Positions 24,314-37,517 of a DNA stretch of 55,595 nt are shown in pieces. The position numbers and the translations under genes were made by a program. This DNA comes from Chromera velia. Its lineage: Eukaryota. Each line of letters opens with the position of its first letter. Positions within the stretch are counted from its first letter, which is position 1. The notes beneath the pieces were generated by a model, which ran no database searches, was not told the origin of the DNA, and saw only the letters and a list, made by a program, of their open reading frames with translations. The DNA lies in NCBI GenBank assembly GCA_018398765.1, contig JAHBMJ010000138.1, forward strand, positions 1 through 55,595, in the 5' to 3' direction.

Positions 24314-26196
24314 ATGTCCCATTTCTCCAACGAGTACTGCGGCATCTTCGCAGGATTGGGGGCTGCAAAGGACGACAAAAAGACAGGGAAGAGATCCAGT
24401 GAGGTCGCACCACTCTACAAAACAGGTCAGCTCTTAGTGGAAGTTGTGTATTTGACATGTATATACACATATGTATATATACGTGTCTATCATATATATA
24501 CAACAGTATGTATCGCGATCGACGAATTTATGTGAAGCATCCTTGTACATGCATTTGCACATGTGCTTCTCCAAGAAGACTCACATGCATGCACTGCGTG
24601 AGGCACACGCGGGTCCTCCCAATTCGTCGTACAGATACGGCCGTCAATGTATATGCACGACTGCGTGTGCTGCTGAGGATTGCATCGTGGTAGCTTACTT
24701 CATGTTCATCGCACAGGTTACAAGACTTCTCCACACACCCTGCAAAAAAAGAAAACTGATTTGAGAGCCGCTCCGAAAGCGGCTTCACCTTTTGATCGTG
24801 GTGACAGTCTTCTTTGGCATGCACTTTGTGACCTTCTGTGCGCTGCTCGGTTGTATCTGTCTGCAATGCATAAGATTTCACGCACGTGTCAATTTCCTTA
24901 GTACTACGCACATGCAGACCAGCTCGTCCTCGGGTACTCCACGTAAGTAACCCAAGCCATGCACATGAAGAATGGTTGTCCACATGCACACATGTATGCA
25001 CCCAGCTTGGATCGCTTCACGCCACGTTCTACGTATGCACATACCCTGTACTTATGCAATGCACCGGGTCCTGCCTGCCTGCCTGCCTGTGTCTGTGCAG
25101 CCCAGTGGGACACAGGATGTCGGAACTGGGACACGGCGTTTCGAGAGTCTGAGTTCAACAGGCAGTACAAGCCTCCGGTATACGAGCCCATAGAGCATGT
25201 GAAAAAATGGAAAAACTTCTCCCAGGTGGAATTTCGACAGAATTCAGCAGGTCAGGAAAGAGGGAGAACATGCTATCGTGAAGCGGGAAAAGGAAAGGTA
25301 TCATTGCTGCCAATACGAAGACAGGAAGTCCAGATACACACTCTCACACATACGCACAGAAGAGATGAAGTATATATATAGACGTCGAGGGAGGGACAGA
25401 GCTGCATAGTCAGAGCCGAATGTAGACACACTGCAGAGTCTCATGACATCCTTCTCTGACGATCCATTTAGTCTGCACTACACGGATGCATATTCTGGAT
25501 TCTCGGCTTGCTTGCATGACTTCGCGTGTCATTGTGCTGGCTCTATCAAATCACTTCGAGATGTCACAGAAGTTGGGGTGCGAGTCTGCACACTTTGCGG
25601 GTGTGTGCAATCATGCATGTCACTTGCTCTATCAAATTTGTTGCAGAGGACCCCGAAAAGTATCTCTCCGAGGCCAAGCGTCACTTCAGAGGGGCGGGAG
25701 GGGCCCTGTCTGGATCTGCCGGATCCAGGGCCGAGATCCAAAAACTGCAAACGGAAACTCAGGTCAGAGAGAGAGAAGAATCCATCAGGTGTGTATTCGA
25801 ACGGAAAATAACATTGCTTGCATGGAAAAAGAGAAGAGAAGTTTGCAGAACTCACGTTGAGCACTATTCGCAGGCAACCAGACAGATCGCACGTTTTCCT
25901 GTTAATTTGAAGAGAAAAAACTTCAGCGCGACCATGGAGGAAATCATATAAAGTGCTTGGAGAGAAAAGATGCGAAACAATCAACAAAGAGACCTCAAAC
26001 AACGTTCCTGATATGCAAGATCGGTGCATCGCCTTTCCTTCGCCCTCATGCAGGTTGTGTTCTCAGAGGAGCCCGCCAATTCGATGCGACACCTGCAGAC
26101 CCACTCGTCTTTCGTGCACAGAAACCCGAGGTGGGTCTTCCGGTCGGTGGGTCCTCGAAGGAGAGGCTTGACCAAGTTTCAAAAAAGCTTTGCACA

Positions 26197-26241
<45 letters not shown>

Positions 26242-26694
26242 CACACACACACACACACACACACACACACCAACCACACACACACCCATATGCCCTCGTC
26301 GTTTGTGCACAAAACTCCCAAGTCGGTCGGTGGGTCCTTTAAGGGATTTTTTTTTCTGATCGCGTTATGCAACGTCAAGTTATGCTGTCTGTTTTCACAC
26401 GAGATGCCTTCTCGCTTCCTTCTCCTTTCTACACGACCTGAATGAGATGTGCGTTGCCAATTAATTCGACTTTGTCTCTGTGCTTTCTTTGTTTGTCATC
26501 TCCCAGCATTGTAGCTCTTGAAGCTTTTCCATCTCCTCGCTTTGCAACGTGTTTTGCAGAATCTCTTGTTTCCCTGGCCCTTTCTTTCTTTCTTTGTTTG
26601 TTTCTTTCCTTCGTTCGTTCGTTCGTTCGTTCTTTCGTTCTTTCGTTCGTTCGTTCTTTCGTTCTTTCGTTCGTTCGTTCGTTCTTTCTTTCTG

Positions 26695-26730
<36 letters not shown>

Positions 26731-26870
26731 TCGTTCGTTCGTTCGTTCGTTCGTTTGTTCGTTCGTTCGTTCTTTCGTTCGTTCTTTCGTTCGTTCGTTC
26801 TTTCGTTCGTTCGTTCGTTCGTTCTTTCGATCTTTCGATCTTTCGTTCTTTCGTTCGTTCGTTCTTTCGT

Positions 26871-26902
<32 letters not shown>

Positions 26903-26965
26903 TTCTTTGTTTCTTTCTTTCTTTCTTTCTCTTTCTTTCTTTCCTTCTCTTTCTTTCTTTCCTTT

Positions 26966-26997
<32 letters not shown>

Positions 26998-27049
26998 TCC
27001 TTCTCTTTCTTTCTTTCCTTTTCTTTCTTTCTTTCTTTCTTTCTTTCTC

Positions 27050-27084
<35 letters not shown>

Positions 27085-27453
27085 CTCTTTTTCTCTGTCG
27101 TCGTTCCTCTCTCTCTTTCTCTCTTTCTCTCCCCCCCTTTCTCTCTCTCTCCCTTTCTGTCTTTCTCTCTTTCTTCCTCTCTTTTTCTCTTATAAGCATG
27201 CACAGGCAACGCAACTTTCGCACTCTTGAGAAGGGAATATGAGCCTTTCCTCTTCACGCACAACCCATCGATCTGCATCTCTGCATGCAGTCAAATGGAC
27301 AAGCCTACCGATGTCACCTTCGGGCCCGACTTCTGGGACAAAAGACCACCCTATAACATCACCAACAGTCAGTGTGTCAATCTTTACCGCACCCACTTAT
27401 TGGAGCATTCGGAGAGGAAGTGTGCACATGAAGGAATGAGAGCTTTAAGGTAA
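24314..27453 (+). CDS. Hypothetical multi-exon protein, possibly a microtubule-inner/flagellar-type protein
   Basis: Exons 24314-24425, 24717-~24800, 25101-25250, 25647-25762, 26054-26130 and 27291-27453; the last four junctions are phase-consistent; an extra exon near 24918-24942 is unresolved. Confidence 0.6.
26581..27190. repeat. (TTTC)n/(TTCG)n compound microsatellite in an intron
   Basis: Direct tandem repeat; source of the spurious ERK and SFF ORFs. Confidence 0.95.
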
Positions 27454-28263
27454 CCGTCTCCAGAGACGTCCATCGTTGAATCAGCCTTCACTGAATAATT
27501 GCATCACCACTCTTTTTACAGACACGTGCCTGTGTGGGCAGAGGCGAACACGTGTGGGTGGGGGAGAAGACTAGAGTGACTTGCAGAGTGGAAGGAATGT
27601 AAGTACATGTGCTAGCAGACAGAACTAGCCTCAGCGAGTGAGAGAAGCTGCAGAGCTTCAGCAAGAGTTTGCAGCCTCGTATTGCAACACTCAATAGATC
27701 AATAAAATGTTGAGTGCATGCAGACGGAATCAAAATCTGCGAGGAAGAGAAGCCGAAAAGTTTCGGGAGGGTCTCTCATGATTTCTCTACACTTCCTTTG
27801 AGGGGTCAGTTGGCTGGTGGGCGGTGGTGTTTTGCCTCTTCTTCGCTTTGGGAGAGAGGTTTCTGGTTGCTCCGTACGTCGTACGTTGGCTCATTGGATG
27901 TTTTGTTGCCTGGTTGGGTAGACGAGTGGCTGGCTGGGTTCTTTTTTGGGGACACTGGAATGTTACTCCTCATTGAAAACAAACTTTTTTCCTCAATGCA
28001 CAGTAGTCTCCTCCCTTTCACCTTTCCCATTTCCAGTTATGTTTTACAGCAGAAAAATTCCTAGAAAAATTCCGATCTGAGTGAATCTGCAGGCACTCGG
28101 AATCCAATCTTGCACCAATGGAATTGATTCAACTGACCGAACTAAATCACTGACACAGAAGCGTCCGTCGCAAAGCGGACCTTTAGAAGCGTCCGTCGCA
28201 AAGCGAACCTTGAGGCGGTCCCAGCACTAGTCAAACCAAATCTTCAGTCACTTTGGCCGAGTG

Positions 28264-29040
28264 CAGAGTTGTTAAGTCCCGACAAACCTAAGTACTGAAG
28301 TCCGATACCGACCCCCCGATCCGAAATTTTTCGGTACTTTCGGTACCTTTTCGGTACCTTTTCGGTACTTTCGGTACCGGCTTTTTTACATATTCTAAAC
28401 AGGTTTTTAGAACTCTTTACAGACTGTTTATACGCCGTTAGGACACTGGAATGCTCAAAGATGACTAACATGAACTTTTGATGTCTAATTTGAAGCGCGA
28501 GGGAGGGGCGCGCACCTGTATAGGCCGCGGCGTGCGGGCCCTGGGCCGCGTATTGTGTATGTCTCACATATTCTCACATGGATGCAGAACTGCCATCTGA
28601 GGCATCACCATCTGAGGTCCATCTCCTTACATGAATTTTGGGGCTACACACGTGCACCGCCACAAAAAAAACAAGAGTGCTGGTTTGAGTCCCTTTTCAT
28701 GTTGTTTCTATCCTTCAATTGATCTCTCTCCTCCAACAGTGATCAACACTGATCAGGGAGATTTGTGTGTAAGTCCCGACTTTCGCTTAAATTCTGTTTA
28801 GAAAAATCTGAAAGCTACCTCTTTGTTTGGACTTTCTTTTTTCTTCTTCCTCTTTTGTTTATTGTATTTTGTTTATTTTGTTTTACGAAGTGTGTTTAAA
28901 TGATATTATAACATCAGACTACATGTGATTTTTAAGTTTGAGAGTCATTTAGGTCGGTACCAAAAGATCCGATCCGAAATCTGATACCGACCCCCCCTTT
29001 GGTACCAAGGTACCGAAAGTACCGAGACTTAACAACACTG
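28264..29040 (+). mobile_element. Non-autonomous hAT element (internal-deletion derivative)
   Basis: TIR CAGAGTTGTTAAGTC / GACTTAACAACACTG; perfect 8-bp TSD GCCGAGTG (28256-28263 and 29041-29048); GGTACC/TTCGGTAC subterminal repeats. Confidence 0.92.
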
Positions 29041-29227
29041 GCCGAGTGGATGATCTAATATCTTCTATGCAAGTTTATTTTACCCAAACGTTTAGACCAA
29101 TAGTAGATTTAGATTTGAAAAACGGATTTAGACAATTTATGATACAGAATGTACAAACAAAAACAATGTTCCAGCATCAAAGGCAAGGGGAGAGGGCGAA
29201 TCGGACAGTCAACTTGAAACGTCTCCT

Positions 29228-30823
29228 CAGAGTTGTTAAGTCCTGACAAACCTAAGTACCGAAATCCGATACCAACCCCCCAATCCGAAATTTTTTGATA
29301 CTTTGGGTACCTTTTCGGTACTTTCGGTACCGGCTTTTTTACATATTCTAAACAGGTTTTTAGAACTCTTTACAGACTGTTTATACGCCGTTAGGACACT
29401 GGAATGCTCACAGATGACTAGTATAAACTTTTGATGTCTAATTTGAAGCGCGAGGGGGGGGCGCGCGCCTGTATGGGCCGCGGCGTGCGGGCCCTGGGCC
29501 GCGCATTGTGTGTGTCTCGCATATTCTCACATGGATGCAGAACTGCCATCTGAGGCATCACCGTCTCCTTACATGAATTTTGGGGCTGCACACGTGCACC
29601 GCGACAAAAAAAACAAGAGTGCTGGTCTGAGTCTCTTTTCATGTTGTTCCTATCCTTCAATTGATCTCTCTCCTCCAACAGTGATCAACACTGGTCAGGG
29701 ACATTTGTGTGCAAGTCCCGACTTTCGCTTAAATTCCGTTTGGAAAAGTCTGAAAGCTACCTCTTTGTTTGGACTTTCTTTTTTCTTCTTCCTCTCTTAT
29801 TGTGGAAGAGGTGGATATCAGCCTCCACCGCCAGGCAGCGGAGGTGTAGCAATGCCGCCGTCGCCTATTTATCGGTATTTTAAGCGCCTTTCGCCATCTG
29901 AGGCGAAATGTCTCCTGTGCAGTGGCTGTGTTGTCTTTGTGTTGGGAGGGACTGGCTCAACTTCTCCAATGTGGCGTCATTTGGAAAGAATTCACTTTGC
30001 TGAAGTTCGAGTCGTGCACCACAGTGGGCAAAGCGCCCACTGGGGAGGCGCCGACCAAGCTGGTGAGGGGCAAGCCAGTAGAGCTGAAAGTTGAAGACTA
30101 TGCGAAGTCTACACACGCTTTCGCATTCTCTGAATGGGGGAGCGACTATGTCTTCAGAGTCCTGACCGCCGCCGCCTCCGAAGTGTCCCCCTCCTCCAAG
30201 TCTCCTCCGAACAAGAAGGAGAAGAAGGATGTTGACAAGGCCGAAGCCCTTCGCATTGGGGCTGCGCTTTCGAACATCACAGTGCCCCCCCCTCCTCTGA
30301 CGAGCACAAACGAGTCCGACCCCTACACCGAGTCGGGCAAGAGTGTGTGCCCGATTCCGTTTGGGAGTCGATGGGCGGGGGGAAGCGGGTTGCGCCCAAA
30401 GTGCACTGCCAGACAAGGGTCGTGATTGACTCAAGTGATGATGAGAAGGGTGCAGGTGCAGCCACTGTGAGTGCAGGTGCAGCCACTGTGACACAGCCTC
30501 GAGTGACAAGGGCAGAGGCCCAAAGGCAGCAGATCAGGCAGCAGAGAAAGAAGAAGTGGGTCCTGGAGGAGAGTGAAGATGAAAAGTGATTTTCGTTCGA
30601 TACCCCCCGTTTCGTCTCCCTCCATTTGTCTGTTTGTCTGTCTATCTGTCTATTGAGACTCTGAACGCGCAGGGAGGAGAATGGAAGAGGGGGAGGAGGA
30701 GCGAAGGGAGGCCTGGGGGAAGCGGCGGGAAGAGCATCTTTCGTTTGATGCCCCCCGTTTCGTCCTCTCCGTTTGGCTGTCTGTCTGTCTCAACATGCAC
30801 GAATTCATGTGTGTAAGGTGGGG

Positions 30824-30858
<35 letters not shown>

Positions 30859-31550
30859 AACTAACGAATTCCTTCTACAGGAGAAGCAAAGAAGCAGCGA
30901 GCATAAGCCTTCTTTCCTGCTTGTTCCGTGTGTGTGTGCTTCATTCATGCGTCAGATCGCACGAAGGAGAAAGTGCAAGAAGCAAAGAAGCAGCGAGGAT
31001 GAGCCTTCTTTCCTGTTTTTTCCGTGTGTGTGTGTGTGTGTGTTTTATTCATGCGTCAGATCGCACGAGGGAGGGAGTGTGTGTGTGTCACCAGCCTCTG
31101 TATAAGTCAGTGTATCGCATCCGACTCGGCATGATCCGAGTCCATTGTCCGGCCGACCGATTCCGACGTGGCGACGCATCTGTTGCCATGTATTGCCATG
31201 CAGCATGCATCGATCTGATTCGATCAGCCTCAAGAGCATGCATCCTCGATTCATGTAAGCAAATAGTTCTACGCGTGGGTTTTATGCCTCAATCCATAGA
31301 CCGTTCTAGAAGACAGAAGTCGTGGAACAATCAAAAAAGCTAGAAAAGACTTTCTTAATTTTAATTTATCATTGTATTTTGTTTATTTTGTTTTATGAAG
31401 TGTGTTTAAATGATATTATAATATTAGACTACATGTGATTTCTAAGTTTGAGAGTTATTTAGGTTGGTACCGAAAGATCCGATCCGAAATCTGATACCAA
31501 CCCCCCCTCTGGTATCGAGGTACCGAAAGTACCGAGACTTAACAACACTG
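29228..31550 (+). mobile_element. hAT element of the same family, with a BED zinc-finger ORF remnant
   Basis: Same TIRs; perfect 8-bp TSD CGTCTCCT (29220-29227 and 31551-31558); both ends highly similar to 28264-29040. Confidence 0.92.
29852..30589 (+). pseudogene. BED zinc-finger transposase remnant (frameshifted, no DDE core seen)
   Basis: SPIYRYF..AKCLLC...GSTSPMWRHLERIH fits the zf-BED consensus; coding-like sequence continues in other frames to 30589. Confidence 0.75.
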
Positions 31551-32545
31551 CGTCTCCTCATACTTGAAGACAAGCTAGTGGACAACGGGAAACAATCGAC
31601 CCCTTGAGATCGCCACCAATCAGGTGAAAACAATATTAGAAAAAAATAGAAATTCTTATATGCACCATTTATTTTTAGAAAATTTAAGTTTGTTTTTAAT
31701 GTATCAATCTTTTAAAAAAGAATAATAACAGTAAATATCAATCAATCAATTTTGAATATAAAAAATACTCTATAAAATACTAAAAATTTTACTTTTATTT
31801 TAAATTTATGTAGTTTACTTTTATAGATTAAAGTTTATAAACTCTATTTACTTAGATAAACTATTTGATAACCATTATTCTTTTAATTTCTTTATCGTCA
31901 TGATACGTTATTACTATTGGGGAGGGGTATATAATATTAAATCTGGGGAATAATATAGACCTATATGACTATGAGTATGCCTATGATTAGGCTATAATTA
32001 CGTGTCTAGCGTTTAACAAGTCGTTGAAGTGACAGTTGACCTAGGTTAACACAAACAGCTACAGAGCAAATTGTTTTTACGAACTTGAAATAATTTTTTG
32101 CAGTTTAACTCAGGATGGATGAATGGGCCAGAATGGCATTGAATGCTAGATTGAATGCTTTTTGTTAAATGTGTCTTCCTTTCATAGGGTATGCATCATG
32201 CATGATTGATTGCATGTATATGAGAGATGCCACCTCCGAGTCATGAAGTCAATTCGATCAATGTGCTTCGCCCTATGTTGTCAGTGCTGTGTCATCCATT
32301 CCATACAACTTTATGCCGAGAGCTCCTTCCATTTTGACTACCCAAAATCTAAAAAGATAGACGTGAGGTCTTAATGAAACTTAAAATCAACATCAAGCAA
32401 AAACTAATACGTGGATAAAAAACATTGGGGGGGGGGTCTTATAGTATCCCCCCCCTGGTCTGCAAGGAATATAAAAAAACAAGCGTTTTTTATTAAGGAC
32501 GAGGACAGCCACACACACACATGCATACATATACACACTCACTAC

Positions 32546-32579
<34 letters not shown>

Positions 32580-32815
32580 GACACATACCTAGACACATAC
32601 AAGCACACACGCACACACACATCACACATATACATACTCACTCACTCACTCACTCTCTCTCTTTCCGTCTCTCTCTCACACACCCACATAAACACACACA
32701 AACACTGTCAGTCACACTCACGCTCACACTCTTACACAGACAGACAGACTATATGTTTCTTCTTCTTCTCCCTCCTTTTCTTCATGAACACAACAGACAA
32801 AAATAAAGAAAGAAC

Positions 32816-32848
<33 letters not shown>

Positions 32849-34335
32849 TAGACAGACAGACAGACAGACAGATAATCAGGCAAACAGGCAGGCACGCAGG
32901 CAGGCGAGCAGGCAAGTAGGCAAGTAGACAGACAGACATACAGAAATGCAGTCAGACAGACAGGCAAGCAGACAGGCACGCAGCAAGGCAGGGAGGATCT
33001 GTCAATGTTCCCGCACTTTCAACAGAATTAGACCCTCATCCGGCTAACGCGGAGAAAGCCCAGTGTGGGAAAACAGCAAAACCTATAGCCGTCCTTCCCC
33101 GCAACTGCATCAGTCATACAGCTTGGTGCCTGCAGTCAAACACAATCTGCAGGAATGGAGACGCGTCACGAAGGCATTGAAAAGACGTAGATGTCCAGAC
33201 CACTGTAGATACGTTTTGAATGTTTGTTTGAGTCGACGTACTCTGACTGAACAGAGCCTCGGAATATATAGAAAGTACTCTCCTCAGGGCAATTGTTTGA
33301 GTTACCCGTGTCCCTGACCTTCAGTGTTCTCCTCCGTCCGACATAAACAATAAGTCTCCAGGGAGCAGAGTTCTTCCAGCATGCATGCATGCAAGGTCGG
33401 GATGAAAACACCTTCGATCGAACCGAGAAGGAGGGGCAGGAACAAGGTCATATATGATGCGACACAGATAAACAGACTCCAGTAGCGAGCTATAGTTAGA
33501 GCATATGGTTGTGGTAGTTTCCCCCTTTCAAATCTCTTGACAACCTCAGCAAAAATGAATGACCTTCGGTGTCATGCAAGTGGAACACTTCTGCTATCTC
33601 CGAGGTCTGAGCAAGGGAATATTTTGTTACTTTGCCCTAAACTCGCTGATGTACTCAGGAATCTGACCCTCCAAATCAGCAATTTGAAACAGTCTGTTTC
33701 TACGACAGTATTTCATCAAGAGCATCGTTTCGATTTCGAAGTCTGTGAGGTCGGCTGGACTGCGGGTATCAGAAGTTCATCTTCACAGGGAAACATGCAT
33801 CATGCATGAGCTATATATATATAGGCCGAAAAAAACTTTTCGCGGGGGGACAGCAATGATATGCATGGATGATATTACCCAATGCATGCATGCACCCTAT
33901 AGCTATTAATATATAGCTAGCTGCAACACCTGCAACATGCAACATGCAGGTGTACAGTGCAACACGTACAGTGACCGCTCGTGCAACACCTTTATAGGTG
34001 CATGCGGTGTCTATTTTTTCAATCTCTCTATTAATATATAGGATCCACTTCCTCGACAATGATGGATGTGTGGCATTGAAATCGAACACTGCTTCATTGA
34101 ATGCAGTCAGGTTTTGATTGATGCCATACAGGCTTGCAACACTTGCAACAGCCCGGAAGGAATCGGAAGGCTTGCAAGCGTAGGGTCCCAACGGACTCGC
34201 TCATTAAATTCGGTGCGAACACCAAGGCAGAGTGCACCCAGAGGGCCTTAAGGGAGGACCAGCTGCGGCCTTCACTGATCGATGCAGTGATCGATTTCGT
34301 GGGACCTCTGTCCGTCGAACAATCAATCACCTGCC

Positions 34336-35764
34336 ATGAAGCGCCCTTTGTGGCAGCTTTTGCTGCTTGCGGCCGTTTGCTTATCTTCTTCTTCATCCAC
34401 AAAAGAAGTGCCTGCCATCGTGAAACTTCGGAATGCGCGACGAAGAGTGCCGCGTGAGTCAATTTCGTTTCTTGCCTGGAATTTGTCACGCGTGACACAT
34501 GGAAGAATGTGTCACGCAGAACAGGGATAGCTTGTTGTCCCACGGCCTGACTCTCTCTCTCTGGCATGCAGTGAATGCCTTGCCAGGGTACACACGGAAG
34601 ACTCAGGTTCCGATTACTGTAAGTGCAAACCCCAGCATTTTGCCGAGTTTGAACTCAGGTTGCTTGTGCACCCTCCAAATTGCCGTGTTCGACTTGGTGC
34701 AGTGGTCAGGTGGCCGAAAGGGACATTCCGCATCAACGAGGCTGAGATTATGACGTTCCGAGGCTGATGTCAATAATAGCATATGGCATGACCCGGATGT
34801 CAATTTTCAGGTTTCACCTCTCGAAGGCACCCAACAAGTCGCCAAAGGGTCGGTTTTCCGCTCTGCTGCTTGCGAAGCTTCTGTTGGGACAAAGCGACTT
34901 TGGCATTTGTCCTTTGCTCCACAGGATGGTGGTCACAGAGCTTTCCCGAAGCCGCCAGGATGAAGGCCGCTGAGATTCGCAAAGAGATCAAAGACATTCG
35001 GGTAGAGGTCAGCAGAAGGGCAAAGGCGTTCCTTTTCTGTCTTCCTAGACTGGCCTGTAGATTGCCGAAAATCTGAAACTGCACGAACGCGCAGGACAAG
35101 GAAATCGAGAGTGAGATGAAGTTCGTGCGAGAGGAAGTTGAACAGCCGCTCCTCAGGAGGGTCACAGGACAGAACAAAGGCGACTTCACCGGAGAGGTTA
35201 GTGAGCAAATATTTTCCCTCTCGGAATTATTTTTCCCGATGGCCATTTATTCACGAGCTCGAGAAAATTACCCATGGTTGTTTATCCCATCTGTCAGGGA
35301 GTAGTTGGCCAAAATGTCCAGTACTTGAAGCAACTCGCGGTGAAGCTCACTGCCAAGCTACTAGAGGGGGCTGCGCGAAACAAGCGAAAACAGCCCCTGC
35401 TTACCGATGTCTACGAGAGGTCGGGTCCTCGACCACGATTATCTACGTCGAGAGAGCGCATCTTTCTTGCTTTTGTCCCGTCACAGAACCTTCTTCACTC
35501 GGTGACTCTTCGCTCGTTCACTGCAGACTGAAGCTACGAGGCAAGATTGGGCTCCAGCCGCCGTACCTCAACAAGATGAATCGCGTCTACAAGACCAGCA
35601 GAGCAAACACAAACCACTTCCCTTCACAGGGGTGGCAAGACACGCCGCTTTCCCCCTTCGAGGCACGGTCCCACGAAACAGCGGCAAGCCGAGTGCTTCG
35701 CTCGCTCGGCAAAGCGCTGGAACCTGTCATGCCCGAGAGGTATTCAGGAGGAGATTTCAAGTGA
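34336..35764 (+). CDS. Hypothetical signal-peptide protein (~261 aa, 8 exons), possibly with a bipartite plastid/apicoplast leader
   Basis: Exons 34336-34453, 34572-34618, 34703-34740 (GC donor), 34811-34848, 34925-35007, 35095-35196, 35298-35419 and 35527-35764 are phase-consistent; MKRPLWQLLLLAAVCLSS is followed by an Arg/Lys/Ser-rich stretch. Confidence 0.55.
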
Positions 35765-36349
35765 TTCATCAACAAGCCTTAGGCCCGGGCCGGGCCCTCA
35801 TCGTCTGGAGCTCTTTCAAAGCCTCTTTTTCATGCACACAGTTTGCATATTTCAAGATGACAGCAAAAAAGCTGCTGGCCGTTCATGTCTTCAAAAGTAC
35901 TTATACTGACCTTCTTAACTAATGTCACTAATTGAGAAATTTTTACCGAAACCAAGACCAAATTTTAGTATCATAAACAATTTAATTTAGGCAATTTTAG
36001 CAGGTATTAATTAACACATATAGGAGTTGGCGCATGTTGCTTAGAAATCTGGGCTCCAGTTGAAGTCTTCTAGGAAGTTTTTTATTTTAGTAAGGATTCT
36101 AGCTCTTAGTGTAGGGGCTAGCTTTTATTTTAAGAAAAGAAAAAGAAGTGAAAATTGAACTGGGGGAAAGGCGGAGACTAGGGTGGAGAGGGGAGAGAAA
36201 AGAAAGAAGAAAGAATGCACTGGTGGTCGCCATGTTTTACACAAGATTTAGTGTTATCCCGGGAATTTATCTGATGTACAGCTTATAAAGAAAGCGCCTA
36301 GATGCACACCAAAAAGTCTGATCGATCGACTAGCTGAGCGAGAGCTATA

Positions 36350-36836
36350 TAAAGTTGTGAATTGATGTATCCAATGTATCTAGCCAAAATCTGAGGGGTC
36401 GGGTGGATGTATATTACTAAGCCAGATGTAGCCAAAGTTTTCCAATATTTTTAGTAGTATAAATTTTATTTTTTAAGGTTTTACTTTTATAGTAAAAACG
36501 ATAAATTATACCCCCACCTCTCTGTTATATCCCCCCCCCTTCTGCCCTCCCCCCCCGCCCGACGCCCTAGCCAATACCCCCCCCCTTCCCCGGTTAACTC
36601 CTAAGGGACCTCCCCCAGGGGGATAGGGTGGGATGAGGTGTGAAAGAGGGGGAAGGGGGACTAAAAAAGCTCAATCATAAGCCTTAATATGAGCCCTGGG
36701 TAGGCTTTGCCCCCCTAAATCCCTCCATAGGCCGTATATCTAATGTATCCAAAAGATTCCAAATATATCTAATGTATTCAAACTTATGATCTCAATGGAT
36801 ATATCAATAGATGTATCCAACCATTTTGTAACTCTG
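36350..36836. mobile_element. Degenerate hAT-like MITE
   Basis: 8-bp direct repeat GAGCTATA (36342-36349 and 36837-36844); right end reverse-complements to CAGAGTTAC, left end TAAAGTTG is degenerate; internal ATGTATC repeats. Confidence 0.5.
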
Positions 36837-37517
36837 GAGCTATAAATTTAGTATAAAGCAAAAAGCGCAGTATTATATCTAATGAGGACGTTAACAATAA
36901 CGCAGCTAGAAAGGTAGTTAGCGTAACATAAGAACATGAAGTTGCATAGGCCATACGCAGAGTCTAAGGACTGTCAGATCTAAAGGCAAGCACAAAGACG
37001 GACAGAAGATCATGTTGTCACTCTGATTCATTGGATGGGATTGACAGATTGAATTGTATGCGATGGAGCTGATTGATGCCTTGCGCGGCCCTGGAAAGCC
37101 CTAGGTCCGGCAAAGCGGTCTTGCTATCTGCGTGCGGGCCAGCCGTCGGGCGGCGGCACACAACACAAATACCTTTTTTCTTCTTTTATTTTTCGGAAGT
37201 TTCTCCTTGAGTTGCATGCGTGCGTTTGATTTGCATGGAAATAAGAGGGGCAACGCGTGCGATGGCGGCCATGTGCACGCGTTCGGCCGCGGGTGTCCGA
37301 TGCTGGACCGATGATGTCCGTTCATATCCATTTCAACAGGGTGCAGCCTTGCAAGCGGGTGGAGTAATTCCCTCTTTTTTCTCCAGTGAGAAGAGGGTGA
37401 AGAGGCACCTTTCGACAGAGAGGCTTTTCGATCCTGCTTCCTTCAGCAGCGGTAGAGACAAGAGGACGCAATCCCGTGCCGTCTCCGCAAGCTTCCACAC
37501 CCTTCACTGCCTGAAAA

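Noticed and set aside
26429..27278. Lys/Glu/Arg-rich and Phe/Ser-rich 225-266 aa ORFs
   Set aside because: (TTTC)/(TTCG) microsatellite
28157..28212. 27-bp direct repeat AGAAGCGTCCGTCGCAAAGCG(G/A)ACCTT x2
   Set aside because: Simple local duplication with no element structure
32100..33800. Possible minus-strand multi-exon gene (splice-like sites, microsatellite intron)
   Set aside because: Could not assemble a phase-consistent ORF; may be real but is unsupported
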